From positions 80,425 through 144,424 of the forward strand of contig JAAYJV010000048.1 of the NCBI GenBank assembly GCA_012522755.1: DNA of 64,000 nucleotides, written 5' to 3'. Source of the stretch: Candidatus Hydrogenedens sp. Lineage in GTDB: Bacteria; Hydrogenedentota; Hydrogenedentia; Hydrogenedentales; CAITNO01. This document shows positions 8,489 to 17,140 of this stretch, piece after piece; position 1 is the first letter of the stretch, and each line of letters opens with the position of its first letter. A program made the position numbers and the translations under genes. The notes below the pieces were generated by a model. It worked only from the letters and a program-made list of their open reading frames with translations. It ran no database searches and had not been told where the DNA came from.

Positions 8489-10741
8489 ATGCATGTTTTT
8501 ATACTGGCATGTACACTTCTCAGCTGTGCTGTACTTCCTCCGGAAGAAGGCACGGCCGCTTTGGATTTTGCCCATTTTCCTGACCGTGTCCATGCTTTTG
8601 TCTGGCGCAACTGGAACCTCGTTCCTGTAGAGCGTATGGCTGCCACCATTCAGGCTGAGGCATCTCAGATTCTGGACACGGGGCGATCCATGGGCCTTTC
8701 CGATCCACCGACTATTTCAACGGATCAATGGCTGCGCAGTTATATTACCATTATTCGGGCAAATTGGCACCTTCTTCCTTTTGAACAGCTGTTGACCCTG
8801 CTGGACTGGGAAGCGGAAAAGCTCGCCTACACCCTGCGTGAAGATGATTTTTTGTGGATCAAACTGGGGAGTGTCAAACCGGCCTGTGAGCCTCTGCGCT
8901 ATACGGAACCGGATGACGAGGTACAGGAACAGGCCGCTGTTGTGGCTGATCTGACAAGACGTTATTTTCGTGAAGATGTCACCGCCTGGAAAACACCGCC
9001 CTTTTCTTTTATTGAAGATCTATGTGCTGAGCCCGTCACGCTTCCTGAAGCCACAGGGAAGAATCGTTTCAATCCCCGCTTCTGTTATTCCTATTTTGCC
9101 CTTTATGGCGATCCCTTTCTGGAACAGGATCCCTTTCCCGACGGCTATCTGCAACGGCTGGCCGCCAGTGGTGTGAATGGTGTCTGGCTCCATGCCGTCC
9201 TTTACAAAATGAGCCCCTTCCCCTGGGCGCCTGAGCTCAGTGATCAATGGGAAGCTCGTCTTGAATCCCTGCGGGCCATGACGGAACGTGCGGCCCGATT
9301 CGGCATAGGCATCTATCTTTATATGAATGAGCCCCGGGCCATGCCCCTGTCTTTTTTTGAGACCCGGCCCGAGCTGAAAGGCGTTGAGGCAAACGGTTAT
9401 GCCACTCTCTGCACAGCCCACCCCGATGTGAGTGCTTATCTCAGCGATGCCATCGAAAGAATCGCCACAACTGTACCGAAGCTGGCCGGTGTTTTCACCA
9501 TTACAGCCTCGGAAAATCTGACGAACTGCTGGTCTCACCACAAAGGCGATGGCTGCCCCCGCTGTGCGGAAAAAGGTCCCGCCCGGACCATAGCCGATGT
9601 GAACGCCGCCATTGCCAGCGGGCTGGCTCGCGCAAACAGCGATGCCCGGCTCATTGCCTGGGATTGGGGCTGGGCAAAGCCCTGGGCTGCCGAATGTGTT
9701 TCTCTCCTGCCCGAAACAGCCTCTCTCATGAGTGTCAGCGAGTGGGATACTCCCATTGTCCGCGGAGGCATTCCCGCTACGGTAGGTGAATATGCCCTTT
9801 CTGTGATCGGTCCCGGCCCCCGTGCGCTGGGGCAGTGGGAAGCGGCGAAAAAGGCCGGTTTGCCTGCGCTGGCGAAGATCCAGGCCAATACCACCTGGGA
9901 GCTGGGTGCCCTGCCTTATATCCCCGCTGTCGCCAATGTGGCCAGTCATATCGCCGCCTTGAGAGACAGCGGTGTTTCCGGTCTCATGCTCAGCTGGACG
10001 CTGGGCGGTCATCCTTCCCCCAATCTGGAAGTGGTGCAGGCTCTCGGTGAAGTGCTTCCGGACGGGAGCAGTCGCAGTGCCGAGGAAGCGCTCCTTCACG
10101 TGGCGGAGAAACGTTTCGGCCCCGAGGCGGGAGAAAGCATGACTGTCGCCTGGACCATGTTGAGCCAGGCCTTCCGGGAATTTCCCTATCATGGTGCTGT
10201 TGTGTACAATGCACCCTTGCAAATCGGTCCGGCCAATCTGCTCTGGCTGCAACCCACAGGATACAGGGCCACCATGGTGGGCTTGCCCTATGACGATCTC
10301 GACGCCTGGCGGGGCATTTATCCCGCTGAGATATTTTTGAACCAACTGGAAAAAGTGGCTCAGGGCTTTGAAGAAAGTGCGCAACTCATGGAAGTGGTGC
10401 ACCGTGTCTGTGAAGAGGGAAGTGCCTTCGCAAAAGCGGTTGCCGATGAAATCAGATTGACCCGGGCGGCTGTTCTCCATTACCGGAGCATTGCTCAGCA
10501 GGGAAATTTCATTCTTCTCCGCAACAGCCTCGCAGAAGAAGGGGAGGAAGAACAACGCCACAAAATCCGCAGGAAGATGCGGGATCTGCTGGAAAAAGAG
10601 ATGGAAGCGGCTGCTGCTTTGTATGAATTACAACGCAATGATTCGCGCATAGGCTTTGAAGCGACGAACCATTATTTTTATACACCAGCCGATCTGGTTG
10701 AAAAAGTCTTGAACTGCGCCTCCCTGGAGGCTGCTCTGTAA
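8489..10741 (+). CDS. Hypothetical lipoprotein, possibly a TIM-barrel glycoside-hydrolase-like protein
   Basis: The N-terminus has a lipobox (MHVFILACTLLSC). A TATAAT sits in the AT-rich divergent promoter region 8344-8488. The central region (GVNGVWLHAVLYKM…GIGIYLYMNEPRA…TITASENLTNCWSH) loosely resembles GH35/GH42-type barrels, but the family could not be assigned by eye. Confidence 0.4.
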   Translation: MHVFILACTLLSCAVLPPEEGTAALDFAHFPDRVHAFVWRNWNLVPVERMAATIQAEASQILDTGRSMGLSDPPTISTDQWLRSYITIIRANWHLLPFEQLLTLLDWEAEKLAYTLREDDFLWIKLGSVKPACEPLRYTEPDDEVQEQAAVVADLTRRYFREDVTAWKTPPFSFIEDLCAEPVTLPEATGKNRFNPRFCYSYFALYGDPFLEQDPFPDGYLQRLAASGVNGVWLHAVLYKMSPFPWAPELSDQWEARLESLRAMTERAARFGIGIYLYMNEPRAMPLSFFETRPELKGVEANGYATLCTAHPDVSAYLSDAIERIATTVPKLAGVFTITASENLTNCWSHHKGDGCPRCAEKGPARTIADVNAAIASGLARANSDARLIAWDWGWAKPWAAECVSLLPETASLMSVSEWDTPIVRGGIPATVGEYALSVIGPGPRALGQWEAAKKAGLPALAKIQANTTWELGALPYIPAVANVASHIAALRDSGVSGLMLSWTLGGHPSPNLEVVQALGEVLPDGSSRSAEEALLHVAEKRFGPEAGESMTVAWTMLSQAFREFPYHGAVVYNAPLQIGPANLLWLQPTGYRATMVGLPYDDLDAWRGIYPAEIFLNQLEKVAQGFEESAQLMEVVHRVCEEGSAFAKAVADEIRLTRAAVLHYRSIAQQGNFILLRNSLAEEGEEEQRHKIRRKMRDLLEKEMEAAAALYELQRNDSRIGFEATNHYFYTPADLVEKVLNCASLEAAL

Positions 10742-10940
10742 ATTATATTTAAAAATATGAAAATGCCCTTTGGAGATGCCCTCTTCAAGTCTCTGAAGAG
10801 ATGATTTGAAAACAGGTTGCGTCTTGCAGGGATAATTGTATAGTATTAGTGTGCGAAGGAAGATAACTGACCCTGCTCATGAGGGTTGAATGTGGTTTGC
10901 AATAATGTCGTTTACCGCCCTTGAAACAAGGATACATGCC

Positions 10941-13457
10941 ATGAGAACACCGATTGTTTTAGTCGTCTTAACCGCTCTTGTCTGTGCGGGGCTGCTGGGA
11001 ATCGTTGGATTTACCCGAGCCCAGACAGAGTATAAAATGAGTCTGCGCGGCGCTGCATCACAACGCTATACCGTCGGAGAAGACTATGAAGAAGATGGCG
11101 TCAGATTTAATATCGAGCCGGACGGTTATCAATACCTTGTTCATGTGGACATTATACTGTTGAGCACAATGAAAGTGGCTCATAAGACCTATCTGAGCTA
11201 TATGCCGGATGTTTTCAATGACTCCCCCTATAATTTGAAGAACACACCGGGAGAATACAGGTTGGAATATCGCTATGGCGAAGATCCGAACGCGCAAATC
11301 CTGACCAGAGATCTCTGTTATTCTTCTGTTAAAGGTACACAAATCGAATTGTATGGATTTCCGGAAGTGACCCTGGAATGCCGTGCAGGCTATCCTGAAG
11401 ATCCCATGGCCTGGGCCATTGACGAGTGCGACGGCGATATCAGTCATCTGGTTCAAAAAGGGGAGATGCCCGATTTTAATGCCGTGGGCTCAGGTACAGG
11501 TTACTACTTCGTAACGAATTCACAAGGTGTAGTAAGTGAGGTGACCCGCGAGTTTATTATCGAAGATACAAAAAAACCAGTGATTACGATTGAGAGCAGG
11601 GATCTTATCAATATTCCACTGCATGGTGAATTCCTTCCTCCCGAAGCCACGGCCTACGACGAATGCGAAGGAGATCTCAGCGATGAAATAGACGTGGATA
11701 CCAGCGCTCTCAACCCGGACGAAAAAGGCGATTATGAAGTAATTTACAGTGTCATGGACAGTTCCGGCAACGAAGCGACCGCCATACTTACCGTTCGTGT
11801 CGGCTGTCAGTCCGAGGGGCCGGAAATCACGCTTGAAGGCGAAGAAGAGGTCGATGCTGAATGTGGTTATGAGTTTACAGATCCCGGTTATACAGCCTGG
11901 GACGAATGTGATGAAGATTTGACGGATTTTATTGAGATCAGCGATTTCCCGCCCGATGGTTTCGAGAGTGTGGGTCAAGTGGTGCGCACCTATACTGTGG
12001 AAAACTCCGGGGGGACACTGGACACAAAAACACGCATCATCAACGTTGTTGATACAAAAGGCCCTGACATCACACTCAATGGAAGAGATACAGTGAGCCT
12101 GGTCATAGGTGAAAAATATATAGAATTGGGTGCTACTGCTGTAGACGCCTGTGAAGGAGATGTCGAGATCCAGTGGGAAGGCGAGGTCGATTCTGACAAT
12201 GTCGGTCGCTACGAAATAATCTACAGCGCTGTCGACTCGCATGGGAATCCATCGCAGAAAAAACGGCTTGTTCGTGTCGGCTGCGGCGAAGCTCAGCTGG
12301 TTCTTGAAGGTAAAATGACTATAAATGTACAGTGCAGTGAAGAAACTTATGAGGAACCAGGTTTTACGGCCTGGGATGCCTGTGAGGATGATCTGAGCGA
12401 AGACGTGATCATTTCCTATCCTCAGGGAGAGATAGATGAAACTGTGCCGGGCCAATATAGAATTATTTACGATCTGTACGACAAGAGAGTTTTTAGAACC
12501 GTCAATGTGATTGACACGAAAAAGCCGGAGGTTACCCTGAATCCTCCCAACCCAATGACAGTTTTTATCGGTACGGAATTTGTCGATCCCGGTGCAACGG
12601 CCTGGGATGCCTGCTTCGGTGATCTGACTGACAGGATCGGAATTATCGGTGCTGATAAGGTGGACATCCATACGGAAGGGACTTATACAATCTTCTACAG
12701 AGTAGTGGATGCCTATGGTAATTTGGGTGAGGAGAAACGTACGGTGGAAGTGGGCTATGATCCGGCAAAACCCATCGTAAAATTATATGGTGATGCTATT
12801 GTGACGGTAGAGTGTGGCGATAGCTTTGAAGATCCCGGTGCCTATGCCTATAACGATCTGGAGACAGAGACCTATGAAGTGAAGGCAACAAAACTTCCCG
12901 ACGATGCGCTTCAGACTCCCGGAGAATATGTCATCATTTATTCCGCAGTCAATGAGCTGGGAAATACCATGGACGTCTCCCGGAAAGTCATTGTAGAAGA
13001 TACGAAAGACCCGGCCATTGTTTTACGTGGCGACGACGAAATAATTGTGGATCAGGGCACAGCCTATGTTGATCCGGGCGTACTTTCCGCCTGGGACGAG
13101 TGCGATGGTGATCTGAAAGATTCAGTAATCTTCACCAGCACGGTGGATACTTCTCTGGCTGGAACCTATCATGTGGAGTATTTTGTCAGAGATTCGACTG
13201 CAAATCTGGGTAGAGCCGTACGTACTGTGCAGGTTCGTGAAGTATCGGCCGTTATCGAAGGCGAAGATCCGATCGAAGGCGAAGGTGTTGTTCCTGTAGA
13301 AGGCGAGCCTTCTTTGGACGAAGGTGAAGCAGAAGGAGAAGATGAGGGGGATGAGACTCCCTGTTGCGGCTGTTTCAACTGGCTGGGCAATCTTTTCCTG
13401 GCTGGATTGAGTCTGGCCTTTCTTATCTTCATAATCTGCTACAATGAACAACACTGA
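10941..13457 (+). CDS. Large cell-surface protein with ~8 tandem DUF5011-type Ig-like domains, acidic linker and C-terminal transmembrane anchor
   Basis: The start was chosen at MRTPIVLVVLTALVCAGLLG, a signal or anchor sequence. Repeats of about 85-90 aa recur through the protein, for example 'PVITIESRDLINIPLHGEFLPPEATAYDECEGDLSDEIDVD…GDYEVIYSVMDSSGNEATAILTVRV'. They share the motifs [D/W]xC[DE]GDL[ST] and …Y.[VI].Y.[AV].D..GN…. The C-terminus has an acidic stretch (EGEDPIEGEGVVPVEGEPSLDEGEAEGEDEGDE) followed by a TM helix (NWLGNLFLAGLSLAFLIFIICY). Confidence 0.7.
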   Translation: MRTPIVLVVLTALVCAGLLGIVGFTRAQTEYKMSLRGAASQRYTVGEDYEEDGVRFNIEPDGYQYLVHVDIILLSTMKVAHKTYLSYMPDVFNDSPYNLKNTPGEYRLEYRYGEDPNAQILTRDLCYSSVKGTQIELYGFPEVTLECRAGYPEDPMAWAIDECDGDISHLVQKGEMPDFNAVGSGTGYYFVTNSQGVVSEVTREFIIEDTKKPVITIESRDLINIPLHGEFLPPEATAYDECEGDLSDEIDVDTSALNPDEKGDYEVIYSVMDSSGNEATAILTVRVGCQSEGPEITLEGEEEVDAECGYEFTDPGYTAWDECDEDLTDFIEISDFPPDGFESVGQVVRTYTVENSGGTLDTKTRIINVVDTKGPDITLNGRDTVSLVIGEKYIELGATAVDACEGDVEIQWEGEVDSDNVGRYEIIYSAVDSHGNPSQKKRLVRVGCGEAQLVLEGKMTINVQCSEETYEEPGFTAWDACEDDLSEDVIISYPQGEIDETVPGQYRIIYDLYDKRVFRTVNVIDTKKPEVTLNPPNPMTVFIGTEFVDPGATAWDACFGDLTDRIGIIGADKVDIHTEGTYTIFYRVVDAYGNLGEEKRTVEVGYDPAKPIVKLYGDAIVTVECGDSFEDPGAYAYNDLETETYEVKATKLPDDALQTPGEYVIIYSAVNELGNTMDVSRKVIVEDTKDPAIVLRGDDEIIVDQGTAYVDPGVLSAWDECDGDLKDSVIFTSTVDTSLAGTYHVEYFVRDSTANLGRAVRTVQVREVSAVIEGEDPIEGEGVVPVEGEPSLDEGEAEGEDEGDETPCCGCFNWLGNLFLAGLSLAFLIFIICYNEQH

Positions 13458-13492
13458 ACAACGTCAACCCTTCTCTGAAAAGGATAGAAGAA

Positions 13493-14526
13493 TGAAAGCT
13501 TTGTTTTCCAGCCGATCACGGACTGCAGCCCTCATAATTGTCGGCGGTCTGGTCATCCTCGCTCTGCTGTGCCCCGTGCTGCTTGCCCGGGAAGCCAGAA
13601 GAGCGGCCGATTTTTATCCTGCAGAAAAAGATCCCTTCATGGGCAACTGGACAGGTCGGTGGACAGACGATGAGGATGTGGATCCCGATATCAGCGCTCA
13701 GATCATCGCTACGGGCCGGAACCAGTATACTCTTCGTCTGGCCTCCAGACTTTTCATGCGCAGCCCCGTCCTGGCGACCCTGGAAGGTCGTGCGAAAAAT
13801 GGTGTGCTCGAGTTCACGGACAAGAATTACCGGATCAAAATTGAAGACGGTATACTGACAGGCCGTCGCAGCAGCGGCAGTTCATCCTTCTCCATGAAGC
13901 CTTATACTCTCGAAGTCTCCGCTCTGGGCAAGCCTGCTCCTGAAGGGGCCGAGGTGCTTTTTGACGGCATAGGTTTTGATGCCTTTACAGGTGCTGACGG
14001 CTGGGAAATTGTGGATGATGCCATGATGGTTCTTCCCGGAACGGATGATCTTGAGAGCCGCAATCATTATCTTGATGCGCAGCTCCATGTGGAATTCCGT
14101 CTTCCTTTCCAGCCGAAAGAACGGGGCCAGTCGCGCGGTAACAGCGGTGTGTTTCTGCAAGGCACTTATGAAGTGCAGATTCTCGACAGCTTCGGACTGG
14201 AAGGCACCTACGATGAATGTGGAGCCCTGTACAAATTGAGTGCTCCCCAGATCAATGCCTGTCTGCCTCCGGGCGAATGGCAGAGCTACGACATTCATTT
14301 CACGGCCGCCCGTTTCGCCGAAGATGGAACCCTCACTGCAAATCCGCGGATGACGGTTTACCAGAATGGCTTTCTGATCCACAATGATCAGGAACTGACC
14401 TGGATTACGGCCTGGAAAGAAAAAGAGCGGCTCCAGCCTCCCCCCACTGAAGCGGGACCCGTGATTCTCCAGTCACACCGCAGCCATTATGTGCAGTTTC
14501 GCAATGTGTGGATCAAGCCTCTCTGA
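13493..14526 (+). CDS. DUF1080 (3-keto-disaccharide hydrolase-like, LamG/jelly-roll) domain protein with N-terminal membrane anchor
   Basis: The start was chosen after AAGGA at MKALFSSRSRTAALIIVGGLVILALL. C-terminal DUF1080 signatures are present (NHYLDAQLHVEFRLP…GNSGVFLQGTYEVQILDSFG…YDECGALYKL…GEWQSYDIHFTAARF…QNGFLIHND). Confidence 0.6.
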
Positions 14527-14580
14527 CTCAATCATAAAACAACTTCGGGCGCATTCTCTTTCGAGAGTGCGCCTTTTCTT

Positions 14581-15969
14581 TTAACGGCTTCCAGTGGCCA
14601 GGGAGGGCTGCATTCGGGTATAACAGCGGCTTATCCAGGACTGAACGGCCCGCTGCGTTTCCAGTGATACAGAACGGTTATTCGCCAGCTTCACTTCTTT
14701 CAGTTTCCACAGACCACGCCGCTTCTCTATGGCCAGAGTAGCCCGCTCTGGAGCCAGGACTTTGTATACATAAAAATTCTTCTGAGCCACGATTCTCGGT
14801 AAATAAGTTGCCACACAATGGTTCTGGATACGTCCCTCTTCAGCCAGCTCTTCAGCGGAACACACAGGGACAATGGTGTCTGTACCGGGCAGAGGCGGTG
14901 GAGGAAAGGGAGAGGACTCATCCATTTGATAATGGTGGAGCTCCCGCATGAGCACATCGTGGTAGCCCTGCACTTCCTCATGGCTGTTGAGCTGTGGAAA
15001 AGCATTCTCCTCGGGATAGAGCAGTTCATACATGGCCAGACAGTCTGTCAGAAGATAAGCTGTAGCATGGTGCCGGATTTCCATGGGCATCCGGAGCGTG
15101 TTCAGGAGCAGATGATGGGAGCTGTGTGGCGCCAGCCGTCTGTCTGTAAGAAGACGAAGCATACCGCCATTCAGTGCAGGCAAATGACCCAGCCTTTTCA
15201 TCATCCCCGGTTCCTCGAGAGCATCACGCAGATAGAGCAGCTGCAGGATGGTGATCGACTCAGGGATTATTTTCGCCAGAATCCGGCGGGTCGCTTCTGT
15301 TGCTGGAAATCCCAGCCAGGCGAGAATATGGCGTTGCTTTTTTCTCAACAGATTTCGAGCGGCGCGCAAGGGGCGTTGGACAGCCGGTTTGTGAAATACC
15401 CAGTTGGAGGCCAGAGCAAAAGCCAGAGCCGGGTTGTTTTCTGTCAGCTCTCGGGCCTCAGAGCCGCAACGTGCCAGAAAAGAGAGCATGTGCCATTGTC
15501 TTTGCTGAAAGCCTGCGACCAAGGTGCGGATATCCTCGGGAATGGCCAGACTCCATTGCTCTTCACGGCTGAGAAATCCCTCCAGAGGCAGCAGCTGCTG
15601 TCCGGGACTGTCCGCCCTCTCCGGAGGGGATTGCTCTTTGGCGAAGAGAGCGGCCAACTCCGGGATAAGATTTCCCTGAGCAGCCAGATCGATGTTGTGT
15701 TCCAAGGCCAGGGGATCTGGACCACTGTTTTTTTCAGAGTTTGGCGGAGTCAGATGGATATTCGGTCGAAAGGATTCCCAACAGGCTCTTTGCTTCGTCT
15801 TCCGCCAGGCACGAGGCTCGGGCCAGGCAATCATCACCTCTATTTTGTCCGGGGAAAAACGATAGAGCTTGCCTGTTTCTTCGTGGAATACAACACCCTT
15901 TTTGGCTTTTCTGAATGTCTGTTTCATAGCAACCCCTTTATAAGTTATGAAACCCGGCCCGTCCTCCAT
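14581..15969 (-). CDS. Hypothetical protein; C-terminal module possibly PcfJ-like
   Basis: The ORF is long and has no antisense competitor. The start is ambiguous among the M codons at 16029, 15969 and 15928. The C-terminal segment is 'CSAEELAEEGRIQNHCVATYLPRIVAQKNFYVYKVLAPERATLAIEK'. I recall an EG…HCV…Y motif from PcfJ-like proteins, but this is unverified. Confidence 0.35.
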   Translation of the reverse strand: MEDGPGFITYKGVAMKQTFRKAKKGVVFHEETGKLYRFSPDKIEVMIAWPEPRAWRKTKQRACWESFRPNIHLTPPNSEKNSGPDPLALEHNIDLAAQGNLIPELAALFAKEQSPPERADSPGQQLLPLEGFLSREEQWSLAIPEDIRTLVAGFQQRQWHMLSFLARCGSEARELTENNPALAFALASNWVFHKPAVQRPLRAARNLLRKKQRHILAWLGFPATEATRRILAKIIPESITILQLLYLRDALEEPGMMKRLGHLPALNGGMLRLLTDRRLAPHSSHHLLLNTLRMPMEIRHHATAYLLTDCLAMYELLYPEENAFPQLNSHEEVQGYHDVLMRELHHYQMDESSPFPPPPLPGTDTIVPVCSAEELAEEGRIQNHCVATYLPRIVAQKNFYVYKVLAPERATLAIEKRRGLWKLKEVKLANNRSVSLETQRAVQSWISRCYTRMQPSLATGSR

Positions 15970-16147
15970 GGAACGGACAACACCAAAAACAAGCCTTGAA
16001 CAATAGCACAAGGCAAGGGTGACAATCAAAAGCAGAGACCAGAGGGTACGAGACGTGTATCAGGCTGGGGGCACGGCATGTCGGGCCCATTCAGTTCACT
16101 TGATCCACTGAGTCCTGGCTATATCTCGTTCCTCGCCCCTCGTCCTG

Positions 16148-17116
16148 CTATTTACCGCCCAGAGCCCTTCTGATTTTGCTTTCGAAGTCCGAGAGTTCCC
16201 CTTCGAGATAAACCTTATCACCCTCTCTGTCTCCGTCCCAATAGAGTGTGAATCCTTCCCCTTTCGCATGGGCCGCCACGTCATAAGCGGTATTCAGGAC
16301 GCCTTCCAATACCTCCGCTGTATCGCTGCTGTCTTTGCAATGAATCTTCACCCGGATTTGAAGAAGATCAGCTTTTACCAGAGATATGCTCATGAAGACC
16401 TCTGTGATCAGAGGGGAGAGAGCGATCAGTTCTTGCTTCGTCTTTTGCTGAATTGCCGGACGCAAAGGAGTATCAAAAGCACCCAGCAGCTCGATGAGTG
16501 TTCCATTGCCATTGTTCAGGGCCGCTTCCAGAAAATGATATCCCTGCACGGCCGGTGCCTGGAGGGGGGCATAGTGGGGGTGCAAACGGGAAAGCTGCTC
16601 CTGAGCGGTCCGGGGAATATGGACTGTGCCCGATGCAACCAGACTCCGGGAACCATAAGAGGAAATGCGGCCCCGCTCCCATATGACAGGTCTTGTGCGG
16701 GAGAAAAAGCCGCCACTTTCAAGCAGATCGGCAAAGGATTCGGAGGAGGGATGTTCCTTCACGAAAAACAGTACACCCAACTGATCAGATGCCCGTTGAT
16801 CCAGCAGAAAAGAGATCTCAAAGGGCATTTTATGGATCCACTCCGTCCGGAAATGCATGGTCTGCATGGAACTCACTTTAGGAATGCCCGGAATGAGAGA
16901 GGAGCCTGTGGGCGCGAGGGAGCTCACATATTTCTGGACAAGCACCGGTTTGAAAACCAAGCGCAGGGCTGTATCAGGAGCCAGCAGTTCTTCATGATGA
17001 ATGCCATAGCGGGGATAAACGAAAAAATAATACCAGGCTCCGCCGCCCAGGCAAAAACACAGGAGCATAACCAGAAGCGCCCAAAGAGCTGATTGTCGTT
17101 GATAGCGAATGTGCAT
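16148..17116 (-). CDS. Hypothetical membrane-anchored protein
   Basis: The product is 322 aa. It has one N-terminal TM segment (ALWALLVMLLCFCLGGGAWYYFFVY) and no recognisable catalytic motifs. Confidence 0.45.
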   Translation of the reverse strand: MHIRYQRQSALWALLVMLLCFCLGGGAWYYFFVYPRYGIHHEELLAPDTALRLVFKPVLVQKYVSSLAPTGSSLIPGIPKVSSMQTMHFRTEWIHKMPFEISFLLDQRASDQLGVLFFVKEHPSSESFADLLESGGFFSRTRPVIWERGRISSYGSRSLVASGTVHIPRTAQEQLSRLHPHYAPLQAPAVQGYHFLEAALNNGNGTLIELLGAFDTPLRPAIQQKTKQELIALSPLITEVFMSISLVKADLLQIRVKIHCKDSSDTAEVLEGVLNTAYDVAAHAKGEGFTLYWDGDREGDKVYLEGELSDFESKIRRALGGK

Positions 17117-17140
17117 GTGTTTCTCCTGTCAGCCTGGAGT

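Noticed and set aside
6283-8649. Upstream extension of the GH3-like ORF to 8649 (788 aa)
   Set aside because: The extension (MVAAIRSTGTRFQLRQTKAW…) precedes an obvious signal peptide (MKPTVFNNVPLFMSILMTLCFL). It would also consume the AT-rich divergent promoter region and overlap the 8489 gene start. The start was placed at 8343.
9020-10561. 513-aa ORF on the minus strand antisense to the 8489-10741 CDS
   Set aside because: Its product is low-complexity and Gly/Arg/Pro-rich (…GQAHHGGPVSCGLQPEQIGRTDLQGC…), as expected for an antisense shadow ORF in GC-rich DNA. The plus-strand ORF has a lipobox signal and coherent domain-like sequence.
11520-12671. 383-aa minus-strand ORF inside the first DUF5011 adhesin gene. 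Similar antisense ORFs occur in the second adhesin (21340-22443), the paralog genes, recN, the ABC-F gene (189..491, 858..1310), the FDP gene (25417..26145), the membrane protein gene (16268..17092), the DUF4091 gene (18566..19153) and the GH3 gene (6424..7197, 7441..8271).
   Set aside because: All lie entirely inside longer ORFs with clear domain content on the opposite strand. They have no start context and give compositionally odd products. They are treated as shadow ORFs.
16030-16147. Looked for tRNA, tmRNA or other structured RNA genes in the larger intergenic gaps (3781-4193, 16030-16147, 19838-20652, 24259-24781, 26644-26946, 32872-33168)
   Set aside because: I found no cloverleaf-compatible sequence (no GTTC-type T-loop with matching acceptor stem) or rRNA-like conserved blocks by eye. 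None is reported; a tRNAscan/Infernal run would be definitive.
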